DNA of 64,000 bases, from assembly GCF_004010195.1 (NCBI RefSeq), contig NC_057719.1, forward strand, positions 64,133,962 to 64,197,961, given 5' to 3'. The notes under the pieces were generated by a model, which was given only the letters and a program-made list of their open reading frames with translations, made no database searches and had not been told where the DNA came from. The stretch comes from Chiloscyllium plagiosum (taxonomy: Eukaryota). Below, piece after piece: positions 1 through 13,418 of the stretch (positions are counted from its first letter, which is position 1; the number at the start of each line of letters is the position of its first letter). The position numbers and the translations under genes are program-made.

Positions 1-160
1 GTTTTTTTTCTTTTTCGGTTTTTTTTTGTTTTTTTGTTAAATTTTGGCTATTGTATATTTGAGCTAATTGTATATCAATGTTTATATCTGAGAGTTTTGT
101 TTATTTTTGTAAACTTGTAAAAATGTTAAATTTCTAATAAAAATATCTATTTAAAAAAAA
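1..160 (+). mobile_element. 3' end of a poly(A)-tailed retroelement (L1-like 3'UTR)
   Basis: T-rich tract, then AATAAA, then an A-run ending at 160. Confidence 0.45.
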
Positions 161-1324
161 GCAGTGTTTACATAGGCAATACAGGACAATGTACCTTCAG
201 ATTTTTTCTCAGAATGTGAGTGATTTGTTTATGCTTGTGGCCCCTTTAAATATTTAGTTTTGCACAGCTGCACACGACTTTTTATTTACATGGGTCAATT
301 TGTATGTGGACTGCTACAGGAACCTTCAGCTTAGGAGGTCTTGGTGGAACTGTTCAAGAGAGGCTGTGGTGATGTGAAAACTGACTGTGTCTCTGGATAT
401 TATCACTGAGGGGCAGCATGATCAATAGGATGGACACATCAGAGGTAACCATTTAGGAGTGGGCAGAGAAGCCATATTGCAAGTGATAGGTAAGAATGGA
501 ATCAAGTGAAACCACAGTTGGATGAAGATGGAGTAATGTTGGAGGTGTGTCAAAAGGATGCTCTTCGTGATTTTGCCCAGCACCATGCATGGTAAAGGTA
601 GCTCTCCAATCTTCACCAACACCCCATGCCTGACCCATCCAATCTGACACTACTCCATCTTTCCACTCTTTACTGACCTCAGGTTCAATCTATTGTGGGA
701 ATATGAATCAGTGATTCTGGGCCAGAATACTGTTATGCCATCTCTAATTTGTTCTCCATGAGTTGGGCCAATACACTTGCTTTCTAAAATTCCAAACTGT
801 ACCATTGGATAGGACAGGAGTAGTTACACAGAAAAGAGGGAGCTATGAATTTCAACAAGGCATCTACTGGTTAATTATCTCATTGCCATAGGTTAGACCA
901 TAAATGCCAAACTTCTCTTTGAAAGAATAGTGAGAAGACATCAGGAAACAATTTATTCTGTGCCTTATGAAAGGTGCTATGAATGCAAGTACAGTCTCAA
1001 ACCTTGTGTTGTTTTTTTTCAAGTGTAGAAAATTGATTGAAACATATCACCTTGTCACTTGCATGTGCTGCTGGAAATGACCAAATCGTCTTGTCCTTGC
1101 CTGCGCAAGTAACAACAGAAGCCCACCTAAATTTCTTGATGAAGCCTCTGTGTTGGATGCCTTTACAAAATCCCTCAAATCCAAGGCACTTCACTGTTTC
1201 CTGTGAAAGGTTGTTGTGTCCTTCTGATTTTCTTACCAGCCATAAAGGGAATGTTTTATTCACAACACCTGCTGGTCAAATCCTGTTTCTGAAGTAACCT
1301 GCTGGAGGCAAACATTACTCAGAA

Positions 1325-1410
1325 TTAGTCATACAGACTGTAAGTAAGGTGTGGAGAGGACGGCTGACTCATCAGCGTGTCTCAATGAGGCATTTCCTGC
1401 AATATTTAAA
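1325..1410 (+). promoter_or_regulatory. Putative PLEK2 proximal promoter (AP-1, ETS and TATA-like motifs)
   Basis: TTAGTCA 1325-1331, TGACTCA 1365-1371, ATTTCCTG 1392-1399 and TATTTAAA 1403-1410, all just upstream of the ATG at 1464. Confidence 0.45.
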
Positions 1411-1463
1411 GCTTGGCAATTTGGTGCTGAGCACAGAGGGAACCTGGATATTTGTCAGTTAAC

Positions 1464-1511
1464 ATGCAACGAGAAACAGCTGTATCAAGAGAGGGATTCT
1501 TGGTCAAAAGG
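1464..1511 (+). CDS. PLEK2: Pleckstrin-2 coding exon 1
   Basis: MQRETAVSREGFLVKR, then a GTAAG donor; matches the PLEK2 N-terminus (KEGFLVKR). Confidence 0.92.
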
Positions 1512-2457
1512 GTAAGAGAATCTGATTTATTATCTCTCATTTGACCTGGTAAAATAATTCCTGTGCCAGTACTGCTTGATATTTACAGTGACGACCTTAA
1601 AACTGAATCAGTGCAAATCATGATTGCTTTAAATCTGTAATTAGTGCTGGGAGGAGTTTGAAAATGTTTTCAGTGTACTGTAAAAATTCTGCCATGTAAA
1701 ATTAAAGCCTAAACGTCACACAGAAATACTTTCTGATACTTCTGTTCTTTTTTTCTATATTTTTTCACTTTATTAGCTGCTCCTTTGGTTTCTTTAAGTT
1801 TGTTTCTCCCAAATTCTTTCATCCCTTGGACTCCAATGTACATAATACTTGAGTATTTGCAAGTTGGGAATTGAAACACTCCCTCACTAATTTTTCTTCC
1901 CACTCTCATTAATCACCACTGGTATATGTTGCCTTTCTTGGAGGTGAGAGACTATTGTATCTTGTTGCTCTTTCCATGATGTGGAACAATCATGATACTA
2001 AATCACTGAGGCTGAGGCTTGTAAAACCTCTCTTTATCGCCATATTTGTCTGGAGAGCTGTTTTGTCTCCTTTGTTCAGGAGGCAGAGACTGCAGTCTTT
2101 TATGTGGTTATTGGCACCATTCTGAAAAGCAGAATTGAAGCAAGGTGACACAGGCAGTGTTAGGACATTTTCTTTGTTATCTCATGTACGCACAATGGGC
2201 TGAATGGCCTCCGCTTGTGCTTTTCTGTTCTATAATTCCATCATTCTCCCGACTGTGTGACCTGGAGGTAAAAGAAAACTGAAGTACAGTCCCAGGAATG
2301 TGAGAAGATATATTGCTCCATTGCTCTTTATCCACAAGACAGTGTGAGGGGAATATTTGATTGCAGAAGGAGTCATAGCTAAAAGAGCTAATATCCAAAG
2401 ATGTCCAACTGGAGACAATGGATCCAAACTGGAAGTACACTTGACCAGTTTTGTTTC

Positions 2458-2593
2458 ATAGGCAGATGTGGGTACTGCAGATGCTGGAGATCAGAGTCAA
2501 GATTAGAGTGGTACTGGAAAAGCACAGCAGGTCAGGCAACATCCGATGAGCAGGAAAATCGACGTTTCAGGCAAAAGCCCTTCAACAGGAATG
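2458..2593 (-). mobile_element. Short Penelope-type pLTR insert with degenerate hammerhead
   Basis: Flanked by an AGTTTTGTTTC duplication (2447-2457 / 2594-2604); same family as 20147-20363. Confidence 0.7.
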
Positions 2594-3342
2594 AGTTTTG
2601 TTTCTTTTTTCTCTGATCCCTAGTGCTGATGAGCAGGTCCATTATAATCTCAGCTGCTGAAATGAATTAACCATCATTTGGAATCTTATGAATGATTCAA
2701 TACCATATCACCAGGAGTAAAATGTCAGAGGAAAGAAAAGTCTGTTTTCTCCCCACAACGTGTCCATTCGGTGTACCAATTCAGCTTGTTGTCTTAAAAA
2801 TAATAGTTCATTGCACCATAGGATTGTGTTAATGCAAAAGGAAAATAGCAACCAAAGAACACTTGAAAAAATATATTGAGAATGTTATTTTCTTGTTCAT
2901 TGTTTATTTTTTTTTGTGCTGCTTGTAGGTTCTTGTTGATATTTCTTCTCTGTCTTATCATAATTTGATGCAATGAGTGCCAACTGCGAGTTTTGCAATT
3001 AACATTTAAGCATGATATGAATTAGTCAGGATTTCAAGTTTGTTGTGATAACTTAAATGTACAGGCTCGCTACAGTAAAAGGCAGATTGATTCCAACTGC
3101 AAAAGTCAATCCTCTTACGCCTTATGGATCATGGACCCCTGCCTCCTCACCTTGTCCCACATTCACAGAGTAGTGCCCCTCCAGCTAAATATAATAATTA
3201 CATCTCTCTCTACAAGAGAGAGATGCTAAACGTCCTTTGTGGATTATAGCTAATTAAATGCTCACATACCTTCATAGGTATGCACTTAAAGCAAGTCATT
3301 TAATTATATAGATGCATTGTGAAAAACCTGTCTCGTACATGG

Positions 3343-3509
3343 TTGTCATCCTGTTTAATTGTCATAATTTGGTTTGAATGTGAATTCTCTACTAAGCTAG
3401 TCAAAGAGCTAAACATTATTTCTTTTTCTTTTAAATTATCGCATTATGAATAAGGTATTTCTTACAGCACAGGATTTAAGAATTGACATCATTCAAGCAG
3501 TGCTACCTG
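3343..3509 (+). repeat. Diverged direct repeat, copy 1 (copy 2 at about 4101-4113 plus 5561-5719, split by a CR1)
   Basis: Both copies share ATGTGAATTCTCTA.TAAGCTAGTCAAA, AAACATTATTT, TTCTTACAGCA and TAAGAATTGACA. Confidence 0.75.
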
Positions 3510-3726
3510 CTTAGAGATGCAGCTCCTTTTCCACTGGTTTGTTTCATAGAACAATGAACATTACCTTTAAAAAATGCTTTTGTCCCCAATTTATTAAAAT
3601 TCAGTGCTGATGTGGATAAATACATTTTCTTCTGAAAAAAACATTTAAATGTGTGTTGGCCTAGTGTGAAGTTTCTGTACTTTAGGGTTTGCTTGCAAGG
3701 TTTTTAAGATAAACTTTTCTTTTCAG

Positions 3727-3891
3727 GGTCACATTGTTCACAACTGGAAAGTGAGATGGTTTGTATTGTCCAAGGACCAGCTTCTCTACTACAAAATAGA
3801 AGGAGGAAAGAAGGAGTCTCGTCCCAGACGCATTATTTCTCTGGAAGGATGTACTCTCTACTGTCCCTGTATGGATTATGAAAACAGGCCG
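3727..3891 (+). CDS. PLEK2: Pleckstrin-2 coding exon 2 (N-terminal PH domain)
   Basis: tttcag|GHIVHNWKVRWFVLSKDQLLYYKIEGGKKESRPRRIISLEGCTLYCPCMDYENRP|gtaag, phase 0-0. Confidence 0.96.
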
Positions 3892-4115
3892 GTAAGAACT
3901 ACAAAACATGCTGTTGTCTAAATCCTTGTTTCTTCTAACTGTGCAATTTTACAATTGAATATAAAATCTCAATTGGATATTCCTTTCTGACAGTTCCTTC
4001 ATTGTTCTGCAAATTCACAATCCCTGGTTGGCTTTCTTTGCCCCATTCCTCCCAGGACCACTAAGCCATGGTTGCGTCTTCATTATCACTTCAACTGAGC
4101 TGTCATCCTATTTGT

Positions 4116-5554
4116 AGAGTCATAGAGTCATACAGATGTACAGCATGGAAACAGACCCTTCGGTCCAACCTGTCCATGCCGACCAGATATCCCAACCCAA
4201 TCGAGTCCCACCTGCCAGCACCCGGCCCATATCCCTCCAAACCCTTCCTATTCATATACCCATCCAAATGCCTCTTAAATGTTGCAATTGTACCAGCCTC
4301 CACCACATCCTCTGGCAGCTCATTCCATACACGTACCACCCTCTGTGTGAAAACATTGCCCCTTAGGTCTCTTTTATATCTTTCCCCTCTCACCTTAAAC
4401 ATATGCCCTCTAGTTCTGGACTCCCTGACCCCAGGGAAAAGACTTTGTCTATTTATCCTATCTAGGCCCCTCATAATTTTGTAAACCACTATAAGGTCAC
4501 CCCTCAGCTTCCGACGCTCCAGGGAAAACAGTCCCAGCCTGTTCAGCCTCTCCCTGTAGCTCAGATCCTCCAACCCTGGCAACATCCTTGTAAATCTTTT
4601 CTGAATCCTTTCAGGTTTCACAACATCTTTCCAATAGAAAGGAGACCAGAATTGCACGCAATATTCCAACAGTGGCCTAACCAATGTCTTGTACAGCCGC
4701 AACATGACCTCGCAACTCCTGTACTCAATACTCTGACCAATAAAGGAAAGCATACCAAATGCCTTTTTCACCATCCTGTCTACCTGCAACTCCACTTTCA
4801 GGGATCTATGAACCTGCACTGCAAGGTCTCTTTGTTCAATAACACCCCCTAGGATCTTACCATTAAGTGTATAAGTCCTGCTAAGATTTGCTTTCCCAAA
4901 ATGCAGCACCTTGCATTTATCTGAATTAAACTCCATCTGCCACTTCTCAGCCCATTGGCCCATCTGGTCCAGATTCTTTTGTAATCTGAGGTAACCCTCT
5001 TCGCTGTCCACTACACCTCCAATTTTGGTGTCATTTACAAACTTACTCGCATCCGAATCATTTATGTAAATGACAAAAAGTAGAGGACCTAGCACCGATC
5101 CTTGTAGCACTCCACCGGTCACAGGCCTCCAGTCTGAAAAACAACCCTCCACCACCACCCTCTGTTTTCTACCTTTGAGCCAGTTCTGTATCCAAATGGC
5201 TAGTTCTCCCTGTATTCCGTGAGATCTAACCTTGCTAATCAGTCTCCCATGGGAAACCTTGTTGAACGCCTTACTGAAGTCGATATAGATCACACCTACT
5301 GCTCTGCCCTCATCAATCTTTTTTGTTACTTCTTCAAAAAACTCAATCAAGTTTGTGAGAAATGATTTCCCACACACAAAGCCATGTTGACTATCCCTAA
5401 TCAGTACTTGCCTTTCCAAATACATGTACATCCTATCCCTCAGGATTCCCTCCAACAACTTGCCCACCACCGAGGTCAGGCTCACCAGTCTATAGTTCCC
5501 TGGCTTGTCTTTACCGCCTTTCTTAAACAGTGGCACCACGTTTGCCAACCTCCA
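4116..5554 (-). mobile_element. 5'-truncated CR1 LINE (ORF2 reverse-transcriptase region)
   Basis: The 481-aa ORF has CR1 RT motifs (NYRLVSLTS, DFSKAF, QGSVLGP). The FADD motif is mutated to FVND. The tail is (ATGACTCT)n. Confidence 0.95.
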
Positions 5555-5894
5555 TTCTTCATAATTATCATAATTCTGTATGGATGTGAATTCTCTATTA
5601 AGCTAGTCAAAAAGCTTAAACATTATTTGTTTTTCTTTTACGTTGATCAAATTGTGAGCCCAGATAGTTCTTACAGCAGAGGGACTAAGAATTGACACAT
5701 TTCATGCGGTGCAACCTGGAACCACCTTCCAGGATGAGATCATTTAACAGCATAGACAAGAACTGCTTGATTCCAAAAGCATTGTTTTACAATGATCCAG
5801 TGCATTTAGACCCTTGACAGATCTGCATTCCCTCAGCAATGTTTGAAGGAATGCAAATTGCACAATTGCGTTACATTATCAGTATTATTTAATC

Positions 5895-6530
5895 ATAAGA
5901 TGTGGGAGTCTTTTGCAAGGCATTGAATAGACAGTGGTGAACTGCCTTCTTTAACTGTTGCAATCTCTGCAGTGTAGGTGTATACACACAATATGATGAG
6001 AGAGGGAGTTCCAAGAATTGGTGAAGGTGAAGGAACAGTAAATACTTTCAATTCAGAATAGTGTGTGACTTGAGATATTAGAGCTGGTGGTGTTCCCATG
6101 TTCCTGCTATGTTCCAAAAGCTAAAAATCATGAGTTTGGGAAAATTTGTTGAAGAAGTTCCAGCAATTTGCTGCAGTGCATCTCATGCATAATGCTTGCT
6201 GCTCCTTACTGTACTGGTGGCAGATGCTTCTGCTTTGAGGGGGCTGCTTTGTCCTTGATGAGTGCTGGAACTGCACTCGTCCATGTAAGTGGAGAGTATT
6301 CCATTACACTGCAGACTTGTGTTTTGTCGAAAGGCACTGGGGAGTCAGAAGGTGAGTCACTCACTACAGAACACTTGCCTCTGACCGACTGTTGTAGCTG
6401 CAGCATTTATATTCCTGGTCCAGTGTCATTTCTGCTTACTGGGAAGTCTCCGGGATGTTGATAGTGGAGAATTCAGTGATGGTATTGCTGTTGAATGTCA
6501 AAGAGAGGTGCCGAGAGTCTATTGCTGGAA
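5895..6530 (-). mobile_element. Old degenerate CR1-clade LINE fragment
   Basis: The - strand reads QVCSVMEYSPLTW, similar to 41360-41870. Confidence 0.6.
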
Positions 6531-6595
6531 AGTTTTGTCACTGAGCACAAGACTTTTGAAATCAAGTCTGAAAGAAATATTCACCTATATTCCAG

Positions 6596-6777
6596 CTGGT
6601 GATTAAATTGAAGGCAAAGAATTCTGTTGAGCATTTCCTCGAAGCTTCTTCCCGCGAGCAGCGAGATTCTTGGGCTGCGGACATTCAAAAAATGATTAGA
6701 GCATCAAATCCAGAAGGTCAAGAGCAATCAAATGGTTCAAACATGGCCTTTGAACTACCGGCAAATATTTGCCTCAG
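6596..6777 (+). CDS. PLEK2: Pleckstrin-2 coding exon 3
   Basis: tccag|LVIKLKAKNSVEHFLEASSREQRDSWAADIQKMIRA...FELPANICL|gtaag; end of the PH domain. Confidence 0.95.
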
Positions 6778-7009
6778 GTAAGCATCACTCCTCTGTTTCA
6801 TAGCTTTCAGTATATCTTGTTTTCCTTACCTCAATATTTTTTCCTTCTGGTTCACAAATTGCTGTCTTATTTCAGAGGATAGTTCTACATGGGCTGAGTG
6901 ACAATAAAGTCATACCAAATTGCCATTCTATTTGTGAAATTCATCTTTACACTTTGATAGGATATGGGCATCACAGGCAAAGCCAATACTTGTTGCCCAT
7001 CCTTAATTT

Positions 7010-7356
7010 AACTTCAATTTCACCAGTTTCCTCATCTCCCCTCGCCCCCACCTCATCCCAGATCCAACCCTCCAACTGGCACCAGCCTATTGAATTCTCA
7101 CACCCATCCAGCTTGCTTCCCACCTATCCGCTCCACCCTCCGCTCTGACCTATCACCATCATCCCCCACCTGCATCTACCTATCACCTTCCAAGCTACCT
7201 TTCCCTCAGCCCTACCCATCCCCCCATTTATCTCTCAGCCCCCTTCCTGCATCCCCACCCCCAACATTCCTGATGAAGGGCTTATTTCCAAAACGTCGAC
7301 TCACCTGCTCCTCAGATGCCACTTGACCTGTGCTTTTCCAACACCACACTTTTCGA
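7010..7356 (+). mobile_element. Penelope-like element 3' fragment with degenerate hammerhead
   Basis: C-rich 3' region, then CTGATGAAGGGCTTATTTCCAAAACGTC (7270-7297). Imperfect duplication GCCCATCCTTAATT / GCCCGTACTTAATT on the flanks. Confidence 0.65.
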
Positions 7357-7749
7357 TGCCCGTACTTAATTGCTGAGTGACTATTTCTTATGGTAGTTAG
7401 GAATCAACCACATAGCTGTTAATGCACAGACATATAAAGACCAAATGCAGATCTCCTTTCCATGGTGAGATTTGGTGATTATTATGGATATTGTCAGGGT
7501 CACCATTACTGTGATTATCTTTATATTCTTGTTTAAAACATACACAATACTTAGGGATCTTGACAGGACTGATTTGGAGAGCACAATTCCTCTTTTGGGA
7601 GAATCTAGAACTATTTGTTGCAAAACTAAGGGGTTGTCAGAGATGAGGTAATTTTTTTTCTCTCCAACGGTTGTGAGTCTATTGAACTATTCTGTTATGT
7701 TTACTTTAGTGATAGAAAGGGATAGGTGTATACCACTGGGCAAGAGTTA

Positions 7750-9220
7750 CAGCTTGGGTATAGACAATTATGATGCGATTAGGCAAGATTTAGGAAGCAT
7801 AGGATAGAGAAGGAAACTGCATGGGATAGGCACATTAGAAATGTGGAGCCTATTCAAGGAAAAGCTACTGTGTGTCCTAGATAAGTGTGTACCTGTCAGG
7901 CAGGGAGGAAGCTGTAGATCGTGGGAGCTGTGGTTTACGAAGAAAGTGGAATCTCTGGTCAAGAGGAAGAAGAAGGCTTATGTTAAGATGAGATATGAAG
8001 GCTCAGTTAGGGCACTAAAGGGTTGCAAGGTAGCCAGGAAAGACCTAAAGAGAGAGCTCAGAAGAGTCAGGAGGAGACATGAGAAGTTGTTGGCGGATAG
8101 GATCAGGGTAAACCCTATGGCTTTCTATAGGTATTTAAGAATAAAAGAATGACGCGAGTAAGATTAGGGCCAGTCGAGGATAGTAGTGGGAAGTTGCGTG
8201 TGGAGTCAGAGGAGATACGGGAAGCACTAAATGAATATTTTTCAACAGTATTCACTCTAGAAAACATCAATGTTGTCGAGGAGAATACTGAGATACAGGC
8301 TACTAGACTAGGTGTGATTGAGGTTCACAAGGAATAGGTATTGGAAATCCTGCAGAGTGTGAAAATAGATAAGTCCCCTGGGCCGAATGGGATTTATCCT
8401 GGGATCCTCTGCGGAGCCAGGGAGGAGATTGCTGAGCTTTTGGCATTGATCTTTAAATTGTCATTGTCTACAGGAATAGTGCCAGAAGACTGGAGGATAG
8501 CAAATGTGGTTCCCCTGGTAATTATAGACCAGTGAGCCTTACTTCAGTTGTTGGTAAAATGTTGGAAAAGGTTATAAGAGATAGGATTTATAATTATCTA
8601 GAAAAGAATAATTTGATTAGGGATAGTCAGCACGGTTTTGTGAAGGGTAGGTCTTGCCTTACAAACCTTATTGAGTTCTTTGAGAAGGTGACCAAACAGG
8701 TAGATGAGAGTAAACTGGTTGATGTGATGTATATGGATTTCAGCAAGGTGTTCGATAAGGTTCCCCACAGTAGGCTATTGTACAAAATGCGGAGGAATGG
8801 GATTGTATGAGATATAGTAGTTTGGATCAGTAATTGGCTTGCTGAAAGAAGACAGAGGGTGGTGGTTGATGGGAAATGTTCATCCTGGAGTCCAGTTACC
8901 AGTGGTGTACCACAAGGGTCGGTGTTGGGTCCACTGCTGTTCGTCATTTTTATAAACGACCTGGATGAGGGTTGTAGAAGGGTGGGTTAGTAAATTTGCA
9001 GATGACACTATGGTCAGTGGAGTTGAGGATAGTGACAAAGGATGTAGTAGGTTACAGAGAGACATAGATACGCTGCAGAGCTGGGCTAAGAGGTGGCAAA
9101 TGGAGTTTAATGTGGACAAGTGTGAGGTGATTCACTTTGGTCGGAGTAACCGGAATGCAAAGTACTGGGCTAATGGTAAGATTCTTGGTAGTGTAGATGA
9201 GCAGAGAGATCTCGGTGTCC
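7750..9220 (+). mobile_element. CR1 LINE ORF2 fragment with stops and frameshifts
   Basis: DKSPGP, SLTSVVGK, QHGF, DFSKVFDKVPH and SKFADDT are spread over several frames. Confidence 0.93.
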
Positions 9221-9594
9221 AGGACATCTGAGAATTTTTTATTTAGATATGAAAAACCATCGAGAAATCTGAAGCTGGTAACAATAATTTGTCCATGGTC
9301 CTTAAAACTCAACTGCTTACTAATTTCTTTCAGGGAAGGAAATCTGCCATGCTATTTGATCTGGTCTATTTGTGACACCAAACCCACATTAATGTTGTTG
9401 ACTCCTAATTGGTCTCTGAAGTGACCCACAAAGGTGTCAGTTGTACTAGAGCTACTTTCAGCAATTCAAGGAGAAGTCTCTTACCAAATTCTCAGCACAT
9501 TTAGGACTGGGCAATAAATATGTTTCCAGCAGCACTCCACATCTGAGAATGGATAAATATATAAAATAAATAATACCATCTTCTTAATTTGTAG

Positions 9595-9686
9595 TCATTT
9601 AATCATTGACATGCAAGAGTCCAACAGTGGGATCAAAGAGATGACAAATGGCGAATATGGGAATACCTACAAACTGTGTTTCACAG
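9595..9686 (+). CDS. PLEK2: Pleckstrin-2 coding exon 4 (start of DEP domain)
   Basis: gtag|HLIIDMQESNSGIKEMTNGEYGNTYKLCFT|gtaag; phases fit exons 3 and 5. Confidence 0.93.
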
Positions 9687-12371
9687 GTAAGCAAGGCAAA
9701 GAGGAAACTTGGAGAAGGTTCAAGTTTAATTTTACAATTTCTCTGTCTAATTTTCTTCCCTCTCCATCTGAAGATGTAGCTCCACACAGTCCTCTTGTAC
9801 CATGTTCAAATGACCATTCACATGTGTACTTTGAACAATGTGCACTAACAAGCTGTTTGACTTTGTTTGGGATCACAGTAAGCCTTTATACTTTCCTCGT
9901 CTGACTCCACCCCACCCCCACCCACTGTACAATGTACATCTCCCAGTCACAGTGACTTGGCAGCTATGAAGGATGGGTGCCTTGGTTAATTCACCACCAC
10001 CTCTTTTGCTTTCTCTTCCCATTTCATCCAGAAGGTGATAAGACCTGCAGCTATTTCCATGACCATTTGCATTGGTTTGCAGACCCATCAAATGTCATTC
10101 AGTTTTAGTGGTACTTATTCACTTTAGTTTAATAATAATAATAAAGGATTTATTTTGATTCAAGCACTTAAAATATTTTTGAATAACATCATGATTAAAT
10201 AGAGTCACATTGACTTAATCCCATGTATCCATTGTGGTTCCTATTCATTTATTGCCCCTTCGGTCATCTGCTGAAATTATTCTTCAATGGTGACTTGTTC
10301 TCTCCTTTGGTTACTAACTGATTCTTACAGACTGACACACTGTGTCCAAAAGGTGATGCTGCTTTCAGGATGAATTAGCCTTCAGTCGCTGCTATTTTAT
10401 TCCAGACCCCTGAATTGCTGGAAACAATTTCAATTATCTTTGTATCAGTTTTGAACACCTTCATCAAATTGCACTATTCTGATAAAAGCAGTCCCAATTC
10501 TTCATGTCATTCTTCGTGTTGCGTATCTTTCATGTTTAGTTTTCTTTAGAACAATGCAGAGATGTCATTAGTTTCTGAATGAGTTGTAACTTTATCCAAC
10601 ATTTTATATAATGTTTGAAATATTGATTTAAATGTTTAAAAGTAGCTTCTGTGTAATTTGCTTATTTTGTTCTGAGTTAATACTCAAGGTTTAACTAATC
10701 AAACAGAGTGAGCATAGACTATTTACTAGACTCTCACCATGAAACACAGAAGAATTGAGCACACTATTTGCATTTATATTTCCTCATGTCAGGTGGCATT
10801 CTAACTTAGCATATTTCCTATACTATAGAACTCAAAACTGCACACTATCCTCCACTAATGTTTCATCCAGAAGTCTCAATACACCATGACTTCTTTTATA
10901 TAGCTGCAAAAGGACAAACAATTATTTAGAAATCTTGATTTGTATACAATTGAAAATTAGCTTATTTTCTCTACCAGTTCATTCACAGTGTATGCCAATT
11001 AATATTAATTAAACAAACAATTTTCTTTATATTGACACAAGGTGGCTGTTTAGGGAGCTATAATCTCCCCATGTAAATTTATTTAAAGGGCGGAACTATG
11101 TTAAGGAAAGCACAAGAAGTCACCTTTATAGTAATTATTCTGTGAATTCAGATTTTACTTCTGGAAAAAAATTATGGAAGTATTTGGATCTTGTTTTGAA
11201 TCTTTTAACAGTGAAAAATGAAGACAGTAAGTCAAGTCATGGATCAGTCACGATATTATTGAATGACAAACACTGTGGATCGCTAAGTGCTCTTGTGCTT
11301 TTTCCTAAAAAGAGCACATTTTGTCAGAAGTCAGAATAAAAGCGACATTAACAGTTGAAAAAGTTGTGCACGTCAACGGTATTCACTGTCAGTGTAGTCT
11401 CTGGAAAATGCAGTGTTGTTACCCAGAGTACAAAAATACTGCACAGAACTTGGGAAACAAAAAGTATTTGCGGGTGAAATCTTGGTTAAATACATATGAA
11501 ATATAGGTTTGATAAAGGAAGAAAAGCTGTCAAACTTCTGTGAAATTCAGAAAAATTGAATGGCTGAGCAAGGGTGGATAGTTGGCAATGACAGGAATAC
11601 AAGATCAAAAGTAGGTTATTCAGCCCATTCACCTTCTCTGATATTTGATATGATCAATAGGGGGTACCTTTTACCTCATATTATCCCCATAACCATTTTT
11701 GCTATTAGCAGAAAAATAAATCAGGAACTTTGAAAATGTAGGGCTCTATTGGGTGAACATTTTTTTTCTCATTAACCTTTCTGACCGGCTGCTGTTGTTT
11801 CTGGATTTGACCTTCACTGCTGAATACTAGAGTTTCCGTGTCCTTTGACTGTCGGGTGTCTCTGTAATTCTCTTATTGTGTTCATGGGTGTGACTAGGCA
11901 ACACATTTGAATTCCCAATTTGTGTCAACATCTGATACACTAAATTGTTCATGTTTGTTTTCATTTGGTAACTAATTCTTGAAAAGATTGGTTTTTGAAC
12001 ATGGCATGAGAAAAGCCAAAGACTATTGTCCCTTTTGGAACAGAAGGTCTTTTCTTAAAAAAAGAGAGTAAAAGGAAACAAAATGAAATTAGTGTATAGG
12101 TTTTGCAGTGTGATTCTTTCAATAAGACCTTAGTTTTAAAGATATAATTTTAGATCGTAGGCCCACTGTTTTTTTCAACCTGACAGCTTGGAAAGCTTTG
12201 ACTCTCCATATTCTCAGTGAGTCAGACTAATTATCTCAAACAAACACCAAAAACGCTGGAAAAGCACAGCAAGTCTGGCAGCATCAATGAAGAGAGAGAC
12301 CGAGGTAACATTTCGAGTCCAACTATGACTCTTTTGCTAATGTCTTAATATCTTCATTCTTCTCTCCATAG

Positions 12372-12559
12372 GCTCTACAGTGATTGACTGGCTGGTGTCC
12401 AGGAACGTTGTCAATTCTCGTTCAGATGGTGTCACTTTAGCATCCCTGCTAATTGAAGATGACCTCATTAAACCAGTCGGAAATAAAAGTACAAAAGCTG
12501 TTTGGAATTTTGCTGGCACAGAGCAGTTTCTCGATGATTCAACTGCACTTTACTGTTTT
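12372..12559 (+). CDS. PLEK2: Pleckstrin-2 coding exon 5 (DEP domain)
   Basis: GSTVIDWLVS...GVTLASLLIEDDLIKPVG...EQFLDDSTALYCF with AG/GT boundaries. Confidence 0.96.
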
Positions 12560-13316
12560 GTAAGTTTCGTCTAGTGTATAGTGCATTTTTTTTCCTTTTG
12601 TCCCTGTGCATTTCCTCCTCTTCTAAAGATATTTTGGGAATATAGTGCCAGTGTACATCTAGCATGCCACCCAAGTTAGGGATGTTAATCCTGGTATGAG
12701 ATGTGAATTTCCAGACACTGCTCGTAACAACATGATAGAATTTTTTTTTTCTCCTTTACATTTCCTGCTGCATGAATGGGGCTGGATGCTGTGTAGGGGG
12801 TTTAGCTATGTTTTATTCTGCCCAACATTGCAGTAATGTTACTGACCGAGTAATCTCGAGGTCCAAGCTAATGCTTTTGGAATGAATTCAAGCCTTGCTA
12901 TGATACAAGTGGAAATTTAAACTTAATAAATTTGAAGTAAAATATTAGTCTCATTATTGTTGATAATCATTAAATTACCAGATTGCCAGAAAAAAATCCC
13001 ATCTGGTTCACTAATGTTCTTTAGGGGAAACAACCTCAAATCCTTACTGAATTTGTTCTATCTATGCCCACAGAAATATGGTTAACTTGCTAATCCATTT
13101 CAGAGGATAGTTCAGAGTCAATCAGTTCAAGGATAACTCAGGATGGGCATTAAAACTGGCCTTACCTGTGATGGTGATAGCCCAAGAATGGTTTATGATT
13201 AAATTATTACCAGTACAGATGTGGTAAGAATTGTGCTGGTGGTGGTCTGGGGTGGAAGGTAGATTCTAGACTGGAAGCTACAAAACCTTAATTTTTGTAT
13301 TTTGCATTTACTGTAG

Positions 13317-13418
13317 GCAAAAAATGAGAGGAAGACCGATAGTTCAAATGATAAGATTGAAATACCTCACATGGAGCTTAGTGGCAAGATTGTGAAACAG
13401 GGGTTTTTGATGAAACAG
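13317..13418 (+). CDS. PLEK2: Pleckstrin-2 coding exon 6
   Basis: AKNERKTDSSNDKIEIPHMELSGKIVKQGFLMKQ with AG/GT boundaries. Confidence 0.95.

Noticed and set aside
4068..5095. + strand ORFs overlapping CR1 (also 8627-8947, 24259-24597, 54733-55182)
   Set aside because: They are antisense shadows of CR1 ORF2.
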